Shown here in pieces: positions 26,701-36,719 of a stretch of 64,000 nucleotides of DNA (positions are counted from its first letter, which is position 1; every line of letters begins with the position of its first letter). Both the position numbers and the translations under genes were made by a program. The stretch lies in the NCBI GenBank assembly GCA_905178155.1, contig CAJINV010000025.1:272944-336943 (forward strand), in the 5' to 3' direction. This DNA is from Amoebophrya sp. A120 (taxonomy: Eukaryota; Protista; Dinoflagellata). The notes beneath the pieces were generated by a model, which was given only the letters and a program-made list of their open reading frames with translations, had not been told where the DNA came from and did no database searches.

Positions 26701-28436
26701 AATCTGTATTGCGGAGCCAGCAGAAGATGCGCGAATCTTGTCTCCAGCAGAAGGCATGTCGCATGCAGACCAGGCATCATGGAGAAATAACCTCCGGAGA
26801 GTTTGTCATGCTCTGCGCGTATTCAAGACCTTTTTTCAGATGCAAAAACTGCATGACAATTTGTCGCAGCCCCAGACATGTTTGAAGTGCATATCACTGC
26901 CTTCGGGCAGAAGTTCCGCGATCCGGCTGACGCGGACAACAAGATGGTGGCGGAGCTGACGAAAATCGGGAAGGACATGCCGTTATCCACTGCAAAAGTA
27001 TCGTACTAGTAGAAATCGCATGCCAAGTTCCTCAGCATGAGGAATGACATCTGTAATGCGGATTTGACTTAACCGAAATAAAATTTGTAAATGCATAAAT
27101 GCGATTAGTACCAGTGCGATACTTTTGCAGTTCATAACCCTTTCCCTGCACCGTGGGCAACACCATGACGACCGATGATTACTACCTCGGCCAGGGTCGC
27201 TTAGACGGTGCTTTGCTGCCCCCCGGTCATTTCAACCTCTCGTCTGGAGGCGGACGCGGAGGTACCAGCCCAGGCGATTATCAAATGCAAAAGCATCGTA
27301 CTAGTAGTAACCGCATTTACAAATTTGCTAAGCATGACAGAAGGAATTTCTCATGCTGATTTACCTTGAGAAAGAGATTTGTCATGCATAAGTGCGATTA
27401 CTACGAGTGCGATACTTTTGCACAGGATAGCGATGGTGCAGCAGCGATGAATACTAGCGAGATGAACCTCATCGACGAAAAACAGCAGAAGGAGTGGTTC
27501 GTGAAGCTGCACGAAAAACACGGAATCGTGAATATGGAGATGGAAGCCACGGGCATCTTAGCGTTTTTCCAGCGCTTGAAGATTCCCGCCGCGGTCATCG
27601 CAGTTGCGTTGCTGAATCGGTACAACGGTGACCATATCAAATGCAAAAATGTCTGGGTCTGGAAGATTCTGAGGCTTGTCATGCATGTTTCACATGACCC
27701 AGGATGTCTGTAATGCACGACCTAGCATCACAGATTTTTAGAGGGCTTACTGCTGCCTACTCCGCATGACAAACACCCTCCCCGCGTAGCAAAAACTAGA
27801 CTGCTCTTGCTAGTCATGCAATACAGACGTTTTTAGAGTCCAAAGTTCGCATCACAAGTTCCAGACCCAGACATTTTTGCATTTGACAGACCAGCACGAG
27901 GTTTCCCGGGAGCAGATCAAGGCGTATTCGGAGCGGCACTTGGTATCGCAAGAAAAAAGTGTTACAGTTACACACATAGTCTATGCAAGACCGGCAACAC
28001 AGACAACCTTTCTCATGCAGGAAATGCTTGGGATGAACCTCGATTCCTTCCTGTTTTCCCTTATGATCTTCGCATTACAAGTTTTCTCTGCAGCCACGCA
28101 GAGAAAATTTGTGTTGCTGAAGTTACAACAAATGTGTATCTGTGAGCACTTTTTTCTTGTGATACTTGGCCCTGGCCATGCAGTACCTGCACCAGCGCAC
28201 CTTTGCTATGCAGCAAAAAAACTGTGTAAGTGTAAATTTGTGTTGCAGAACATGCAACAGAGTTACACCTGTCATGCCAGACAGCCACGAAGTCCTCTTT
28301 TACTGTGTGTTTTCCCTTACAAGCCACGCATGACAGGTTTTCTCTGTCATGTAGAAGAGCAAATTTGTAATGCTGTTTCTCAAAGAAAGTTACACTTACA
28401 CACTTTTTTTCCTGGATATTTGCGGTGTTGAAATGA
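23725..28436 (+). CDS. Uridine phosphorylase, copy 2, 14 introners
   Basis: Near-identical exons to copy 1. Introners at 23755-24006, 24316-24569, 24614-24768, 25015-25336, 25375-25709, 25784-25991, 26071-26314, 26369-26592, 26638-26893, 26984-27136, 27279-27429, 27635-27888, 27944-28164, 28207-28418. Confidence 0.92.
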
Positions 28437-30059
28437 TTGAAGCTACAATTTGAAGAAAAAACTACTTCTAAAAGCGTACTATTTTTTTTCTTTGTGAGCC
28501 ACCAGCAGGGGAATTAGAATTTTTCATTCCATACGCAAACTTCAATAAATTGGCTATACGAACTGAATCTTATCAGACACTACGTACAAGAAGTAGAAAA
28601 GGTGGCAGGAGCTGCACGGTGAGAACGGAAACTAGTATTTCCTTACGACCCACCGACCAGAGATTTGTGGATGAATCTAGGCGCAATGAAAGACTTCTGT
28701 TGCGCCTGATGAAATGCAAGAGCAAGTCCGATGTTGCTGCAAGACTACAACGCGATCTTTTTTATCTTTTATTTTTCTGTTTGTGGAGGACGATCATATT
28801 TGATTCACTTATTTCTTTTCATTTGATTGTGTTTACAACAACCGAGGATGTTGACGCTCCAAATCCAACCCCGCCCTAGATAAAGAGAAGACGAAGGAAG
28901 CAGGTGGTGACGATAGATAAAGCGACATTTCGAATGATGCAAAGCTCGACTTTGTCGTGCACAAAGCAACTGTCTTTTTTGAAGATGTAATGGAAAGAAC
29001 TTTTATCGCAGGAAGATGTAATGCAAACAACTTTTATCATTTGCGAAAAAATGGAGAAAAGCGAAGATGATCGCTCGTATAAATAGATATGAAGACCTAC
29101 TACAGGCCTTTATCCAGTGCAAATTCATTTGTCGCGCAGAGTCTTCCAAGTAGGCGCGCGCGCATGTTCATCTCCGGAAATCCGGACCCCCACGTAGAAG
29201 GGTCTGCAAAAGTGAACGCCTGATCTACTTGATATCGAATGCAAATTATATGTCCGGGTCTGGAACAAAAGTTCTGTGGCGCTCCTGTTTTTGCATGACA
29301 CAGAGGGTCTGGTATGCAAGATGTAGCATCTTCTTCACAGGTTTTGAGAAGATGGAGCAAAAGCAATACCTAATTCGCAAGACAAATCCTCACTTTCGGT
29401 GAAACAAGATGAGCAACTTTTGCGGTCCATGCGTGCCAGATCATTTTTGCGTGACCTAAAATGCGCGGTAGAAGTTTGCACGAATGATCCAGACCCAGAT
29501 ATTAAGTGCATTTACAAAAAGGTCAAAAAAGGTCAGTGTAGTCGTCAAATGGCTCCTGCCGCGACGGCCCGTGGAGGTCGTGGGGCTATTACTTTCTTAG
29601 GTCACGTGAACAAGAAGAAAAACGAACTTATTCTTCCATCAAGATCACGGCTCTTCTTCCTCTATCAAAAGGATCCCCTCTACTTACACGATAGCAGGAA
29701 AGTATAAACTACAGCACAGCTATAGTTGTAAAAGCAACAGATCCAGAATAAAGTAAAAAAGAGTATCGACTTGGAGCGCAAAATCGAAATCTGAATTAAA
29801 CCGAAGGCAATATTGAGAAATTGAAACAGGATTCACTTCTTCATTTTCAAAACTACAAGTAGTTCTAGTTCACCTGAAGCCCACTTCTATCACAGAAATT
29901 GAGGTTTGAGCTGCACCCTTTTATAACTTCCTACCTCGCGACAAAAAATAAGGGCGACGTGTGTGATCTTCGAACAGCTAAATAAATTTTGTTGCGCCGT
30001 TTTATTTGTCCCCCTCGGACAGCTGTATTAAACTACAAGCTAGCACAAGTAGAAAATAA

Positions 30060-30170
30060 ATGATGGTGGGACAACTACTTGCAACGCGAGGAGATGAAAA
30101 GTCTGCTGCGCCCCCTCTCGGTTGTACTGGCAGCTCTGCTAGCGGTTTCCATGTTCATGCGGTGAAGAAG
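30060..30170 (+). pseudogene. Truncated 5' fragment of a DUF285 gene
   Basis: MMVGQLLATRGDEKSAAPPLG...HVHAVKK matches the N-terminus at 19833 and 36720, then homology stops. Confidence 0.7.
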
Positions 30171-31069
30171 ATGTGTTTCGCTTCGACGTGTCCTTGGGGG
30201 ACAGCGGATTGCCTTGCCCGGTGTGAGGAGGGGAGGAGCTCGTTGTACAACAACTTCTACATAGGGAGATGAAAAACTACAACGGACCGACTGGAAAATT
30301 CACGAAATCCAGATCAATACAAGTTTTCTTTTGCACTCAAACTTCGACGATACCCTGACCTTGATAAAATTTCTTGATACCAAAAAATAAAGAATACAGC
30401 TCACCAAACCCAATTGGCAAATGCATGCTTCATGCTTCTTTGAGTTTAGAAGTTGACAACTCATTTTCTACTTCGGAGCAACATGGACCGTTTCCGTTTC
30501 CGCAAGCATACGAGCAAACTTGTACAATTTGAACACAGCCCCTGGGTTTTTTTACGAATGAAAATAATCCAAGATTCAAAGCCACTTGATAGATTGTAGA
30601 CGAACACGAGAAACATGATTATTAGCACCGCTGGGGGTTGCAATGTACCTGTAGAATTTCATTTATGTGAAGCCAGGAAAAGGAATAGAAGAATCATCTG
30701 ATGTAGCGATTAGGAGAGCTCTGGGCTTTTCAACAGCGACATTCGTAGTTTTGTTCCTTGTCGTTCTTGTCTTCCGCCGGCGTGTTTTTCAACCGTGTTG
30801 GTTTGTTTGTTGTCTTGAACAATCTACCTCTTTATTGGAGAGAATTTCAATTTACCTTCCCTACAGACTTGCTCTTATTGCAAGCGACTTGCGCGGGGAA
30901 AAACCGCCAGCACGCACAGGTCAGAACATCATCAACAGTTCGGTGTTGTACTAGTGAAAGATCTTTCATCTTGTGCTCGGAACTTCTACCTAGGAATACG
31001 AATACCACCTTGAGTTTCTTGATTACACCTACATAATTCAAAAAGTATAAAGAAAACAAGAAATGCCAC

Positions 31070-31286
31070 TATGGCGTTCTCAACTGTTACATTCTCAACT
31101 GTTACATGATTTGTCATGCAAAACTACAATCAGAATCGGCACGGTCAAGCTGCTTTGCATGACAAATTCTTGAAGGGCCAAACAGGCTGAGAAATTGTTC
31201 CAAATCTGTCATGCAAGACGCGCAAGGTCACCCCGTCCACTTTTTCCATTCTTGCATCACAAACTCGTGTAACAGTTGAGAATGTC
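31070..31286. mobile_element. Family E introner, right end truncated
   Basis: TATGGCGTTCTCAACTGTTACA start; right TIR incomplete. Confidence 0.7.
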
Positions 31287-31650
31287 GTCTTGTATAAATA
31301 ACATAAAAACACTTAGTCTCGGTACTAGCAGCTCTGCTAGCGGTTTCCATGTTCATGCGGTGAAGAAGAAACCGCAGACTAGCTTCAATTTCCCGGGAGG
31401 CGGCGGGGGAGGAACCTCGAGAGACGGAAATTTAGAATTAATTTGGATAGTAAGTTGAACAAGATGAACTCAGTTGTGCTTGTGGACTTCAACACCATAA
31501 TTCGATGTATTAACTACCGCATCTTGATCTTCCTCTTCGTTTGTGCAGCTGCTGCATGCAAATAGCGAACAACCCGAAATCAGATGCGTACTGGTACTAG
31601 GTCGTGAGGACCACATCAATCAGCACCAAAACAAAAGATTAAAGATTCAA

Positions 31651-33543
31651 TCATACCTCCGCCGCTTCCTCCTCCCCAGCGGGTGGCGCTGGTGGGTCTA
31701 ACGTCTTGAAACTGACCTCGGCCTGGGGGTAGATCAGTTCCCAGAGGTAGGATCCGTTCGGCAGCTTATCCGCGCAGTTCTCCTCTATTACCCCGAAAGC
31801 GGACGCCATAGCCTGGGCGCAACCCACGTCTTGCGTGGGCTGCACGTACATGCAGGCGGGCATGCGCAGGTATTTTGGCTGTGGCTCAGCCTCGTCGCCT
31901 GGATATTTTTTGACGGAGCGATTGTTTATTTTGCGTCGCGAGATTTTGGTTTCGGAGCGAATAATTGCATCAGAAAAAAATTGAAATTCAGCACGTCGCA
32001 TCGGACGACTTCTCCGTACAACTGCATTTTCTACAACTCTTTCTCCAGCGAACAGAGCACGAAACCGCAATAAACGGAGTACAATGAATACCGTCTGCCG
32101 GCGGCTTTGGCACAGGGACGCCCAGCTCCTTGTACATATCGGACTGTTTGCAGTTCTCCAGAAACGCAACCATGCAGGACTTCGAGTAAGACTCGCCTCG
32201 CGGGGCCAGCCACTCGTCATACTGATCTTGCGTGCTTTTCCCCTCGCTGGCCTGCATTTTTATTTCATCCAAATAAGGAGCACATGAATCTTATTGAACG
32301 CAATGAGTAGTAGTGAGGACCACTTCCTGTTCCTGCGTCCTTTTCTTTGCTATTGCTGGTGCGCGTTCTTGAACATGACTATGTATGAGGATGAAAGAAT
32401 ATGAAAATGAACTAGAACCTTGCATGACAATAAAAATGAAAATCACGAAGATGTATGAATAACTAGATCGCACCAGCGGGGCCGGGGCTGCATCTCCGCC
32501 CGCACCTTCCTCCTCGCCTCCAGCACCTCCAGGTATGGCATTCTCAAATGTTACATTCTCAACGTCAACTCTTACAACATGAATTTGTAACGCAAGACTG
32601 GCAAAATTGGAAGGAAGAAGATTGCGCCTTTTGCATTACAAGTTTGGCGCAGATTTAGATGCTGTCTAGCCCTCCCGAAATTTGTCATGCGAAGCAGCTC
32701 GATCATCTGGATCTGCCGGCTTAACAAGGTGCTTTTGCATGACAAATTCATGTAACAGTTGAGAATGTAACGTTTGAGAACGCCATACCAGGTGGCTCCA
32801 AGGTATGTCCCGCAGTCTTCACGTGCGTGACCCGGCGCCAGGCCGTGGTTCGCTCGGCTTATGCATTGCAAAAGGTAATCGTATAAATGCATTACAAATT
32901 TCCTCAGCATGAGAGATAAAATTTGTAATGCTGATTTACCTTAAGAGAAAGATTTGTAATGCATGATTGCAAGACGAGTACGATACTTTTGCACAGGATA
33001 CGGCTACCCCCTTGTCGATTTTCTCCGCGCCACCATTTGACAGTGCACAACCCCCCCTCCCCCTCATTTGTCATGCAAAATGCCTAATTTGCGCCTTGGC
33101 TCTTGGCACTGTTTGCATGACAAGTTCGGGCAGCCCAAATAGCACTACACTCCAGCGCAAATTTGTCATGCAAAACCGGCACTCTTGCTGATGCTTGTAT
33201 TGCCGTTCATGCCATACAAAAGAGGAGGAGGGGGACTTGTGCACTCTCATACTCCATTTGACCACACCGGAAAGTCGGCATCGAAGAAAGAACCCGGGCT
33301 CTGCTTCACGTTGATTTTGTCCACCACATTCACGTCGGGGTAGTACGACTCGACAAAATTGAAGCCCCAGTTGACTTGATCGATCGCTTCCGCATCAAAT
33401 TCCGGGTACAGCCGCGGCGCCAGGCTCCTGGTCGCCGGCTCGAAGGCGGCAACTTCCTCGGGGGCGGGGACCTCGTCCGGCGCGCGGGCCTCAAAGGTGG
33501 AATTCGCCTCCAGCTCGGCGGCGCCGCCACCTTTCGGCGGCAT
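31651..33543 (-). pseudogene. 5' part of an androglobin/calpain-like gene, apparently truncated
   Basis: Exons join in frame across introners 33036-33251 (G), 32860-33000 (B), 32534-32787 (E). RLYPEFDAEAIDQVNWG, FFDAD, AWRRV and YLWELIYPQ recall androglobin N-terminal motifs (from memory, not searched). Confidence 0.4.
32534..32787. mobile_element. Introner, family E (TATGGCxTTCTCAAxxGTTACA)
   Basis: TIRs, DR CCAGG/CCAGG. Confidence 0.85.
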
Positions 33544-33890
33544 GGTTTAATACGTGTACAACGCGTAAAAGTTTTGAAACTTTGACAATACTCAAGTAGC
33601 CNNNNNNNNNNNNNNNNNNNNNNNNNNNNNNNNNNNNNNNNNNNNNNNNNNNNNNNNNNNNNNNNNNNNNNNNNNNNNNNNNNNNNNNNNNNNNNNNNNN
33701 NNNNNNNNNNNNNNNNNNNNNNNNNNNNNNNNNNNNNNNNNNNNNNNNNNNNNNNNNNNNNNNNNNNNNNNNNNNNNNNNNNNNNNNNNNNNNNNNNNNN
33801 NNNNNNNNNNNNNNNNNNNNNNNNNNNNNNNNNNNNNNNNNNNNNNNNNNNNNNNNNNNNNNNNNNNNNNNNNNNNNNNNNNNNNNNNNN

Positions 33891-35144
33891 GACGCCTCGA
33901 ACTTCAACGGTGATCTCAGCCGCTGGGACGTGCGTTCTGTTACAGACATGAGCCATATGTTCCGTGGCGCCCAGAATTTCAACAGGGATCTCAGCAGATG
34001 GAACGTGAGTGCTGTTACAGACATGAGATCGATGTTCGAGGACGCCTCGAACTTCAACGGTGATCTCAGCCGCTGGGACGTGCGTTCTGTTACAGACATG
34101 AGCCATATGTTCCGTGGCGCCCAGAATTTCAACAGGGATCTCAGCAGATGGAACGTGAGTGCTGTTACAACCATGAACGGTATGTTCGCGCACGCCTCGA
34201 CCTTCAACGGGGACCTGAGCGAATGGAAAGTGAGTGCTGTTAGAGACATGGGCTGTATGTTCGATGGCGCCTCGACCTTCAACGGTGATCTCAGCAGATG
34301 GGACGTCAGTGCTGTTAGACACATGTACTCTATGTTCCAGGGCGCTTCGACCTTCAACGGGGACCTGAGCCGATGGGACGTGAGTGCTGTTACAAGCATG
34401 ACGGCGATGTTCTCCGGCGCCTCGACCTTCAACGGGGACCTGAGGAAATGGACCGTGAGTGCTGTTACACACATGCAATTTATGTTCCAGGGCGCTTCGA
34501 CCTTCAACGGGGACCTGAGCCGATGGGACGTGAGTGCTGTTACACACATGCAATTTATGTTCCAGGGCGCTTCGACCTTCAACGGTGATCTCAGCAGATG
34601 GGACGTCAGTGCTGTTAGACACATGTACTCTATGTTCCAGGGCGCCTCGACCTTCAACGGTGATCTCAGCAGATGGAACGTGAGTGCTGTTACAGACATG
34701 TCTTTTATGTTCCGTGGCGCCTCGACCTTCAACGGGGACCTGAGCGGATGGGACGTGAGTGCTGTTACAAGCATGAGCAGTATGTTCGAAGGCGCGCGGA
34801 ATTTCAACAGGGACCTGAGCGGATGGGACGTGAGTGCTGTCCAAGATATGAGAAACCTGTTTTTCGAAGCGAGCACATTTAACCAACCCATTGACGCATG
34901 GGGAGAGAAGATTGCGCTTGGGACGGATTTGTCGGGGATGTTCGGCGCGCATGTGAACAACCCTGGCACTGCGTTCAACCAAAGCTTGAGAAGCTTTGAG
35001 CCGTTGATCAGCGAAGCCTCCACTCGCACCTACAAAGATATGCTCTTGGGCGCGACGAGTTTCGATTGGGGTGCAAACTTCAGCGAAAATTTTTTATCAC
35101 AGCGGGAAGGGCAGGAGGTGTTGAGGCTACTAGGGCGAAGATAA
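33891..35144 (+). CDS. DUF285 / BspA-like repeat protein, copy 2 (5' end in gap)
   Basis: At least 13 25-aa repeats; C-terminus and 3' flank nearly identical to copy 1. Confidence 0.85.
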   Translation, partial: DASNFNGDLSRWDVRSVTDMSHMFRGAQNFNRDLSRWNVSAVTDMRSMFEDASNFNGDLSRWDVRSVTDMSHMFRGAQNFNRDLSRWNVSAVTTMNGMFAHASTFNGDLSEWKVSAVRDMGCMFDGASTFNGDLSRWDVSAVRHMYSMFQGASTFNGDLSRWDVSAVTSMTAMFSGASTFNGDLRKWTVSAVTHMQFMFQGASTFNGDLSRWDVSAVTHMQFMFQGASTFNGDLSRWDVSAVRHMYSMFQGASTFNGDLSRWNVSAVTDMSFMFRGASTFNGDLSGWDVSAVTSMSSMFEGARNFNRDLSGWDVSAVQDMRNLFFEASTFNQPIDAWGEKIALGTDLSGMFGAHVNNPGTAFNQSLRSFEPLISEASTRTYKDMLLGATSFDWGANFSENFLSQREGQEVLRLLGRR

Positions 35145-36719
35145 ACTTCTAAAGATCCTTGCTTTTGGTTTTGTCTCCTCTCGCCTAAAGCAGCGCGAGG
35201 TCCTCTAGTTTTCTGTAGATCGCTGTTGCTATACTCCGTCGCCCCCTGGGCTAAACAGACACTTTTGTTTTTCCACAATATCAGGAACGATCTGCATTAA
35301 AGCAGCCACGACCTAGAGGCAGCTCTAGTAGCAGCTCAGAACTTTTTACTAGACTAATCGGTCGCACTTGTAAAGTTGTAGAAGTCCAAGAACTCTTCAT
35401 GTATCTATATGTGCAATCTATAAACCGCTCACTTTGCCCTGCTTGCATCTACAGCCTACGAGGAAGAAGGAATTATGATGTTACAGCATTCGGATCAGCA
35501 ACGGGAATGGGCTACGGTGCTTCTTACACTTTTCTTTCTGGAAAAAAGTCACTGCTTTCGTAATCCTGGGAGGTGATGCAATGAAGAAAAAAAGAAACAC
35601 TGGAATGGAAAGAAGTATTTTTCCTTGTATAATAATTGGTGGAGATGATGTGTGATTGGTGTATTGAAAAAAAAAAAACAGCCAGATGTGTAGAGCAAGA
35701 TGGAAGCGAAGTCGTCGTTGGACTCATACACTTGTTCAAAACTTGTTCTTTGTTGTTGATATATTCATCAGCTTTGAAGTTTGTTCTTTTTTTTGAGTTC
35801 CAAGTAGGCGCGCGCGCATGTTCATCTCCGGAACCACATGCAGAAGGGTCTGCAAAAGAGAACGCCTGAACGTCATATACATATTATCGAATGCAAAGTT
35901 ATTATACTCGTGTCTGGCGCTCCTGTTTTTGCATGACGCAGAGGATCTGGTATGCAACGCCTAGCATCTTCACAGGTTTTGAGAAGATGGACATGAAGCA
36001 TTACCTAACTCGCATGACAAATCCTCTCCTTCGGTGACACAAGATGAGCAACTTTTTCGGCCCATGCGTGCCAGATCATTTTTGCGTGACCTGAAATGCG
36101 CGGCACAAGTTTACACGAATGATCCAGACCCAGATATTAAGTGCATTTGCAAAAAGGTCAAAGAAGGTCAGTGCAATCGTCAAATGGCTGTCGCGACGGC
36201 TCCTGGAGGTCGTCGGGCTATTACTTAGTGAACTGAACAAGAAGAAAACAAGGTCGCGTGAACAAGAAGAAAAATGAATTTAATCTTCTATCAAGATCAC
36301 GGCTCTTCTTCCTCGGTCAAAAACCTCCCCTCTACTCACACGACAGCTGGAAAGTATAAACTACAGCACAGCTATAGTTGTAAAAGCAACAGATCCAGAA
36401 TAAAGTCAAAGCAACAGAAGATCGACTTGGAGCGCAAAATCAAAATCTAAATTAAACCGAAGGCAATATTGAGAAATTGACGCAGGATTCACTTCATTTT
36501 CAAAACTACAAGTAGTTCTAGTTCACCTGAAACCCACTTCTATTGCAGAAATTGAGGTTCATCGAGCTGCGCCCTTTTATAATTTTCTACCTCGCGACAA
36601 AAAGTGACTGAGGACGACGCGTGTGATCTTCGAACAGCTAAGTAAATTTTGTTGCGCCGTTTTATTTATCTCCCTCGGACAGTTGTATTACACTACAAGG
36701 TAGCACAAGTAGAAAATAA

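Larger units (their letters stand above)
22785..30170. repeat. Segmental duplication of about 13150-19940 (UPP gene plus DUF285 5' region)
   Basis: Collinear sequence; offset 9911 over the central part. Confidence 0.9.

Noticed and set aside
33330-35029. Long minus-strand ORFs over DUF285 genes and across N gaps
   Set aside because: Antisense shadows of repeat-coding DNA or read-through of Ns.
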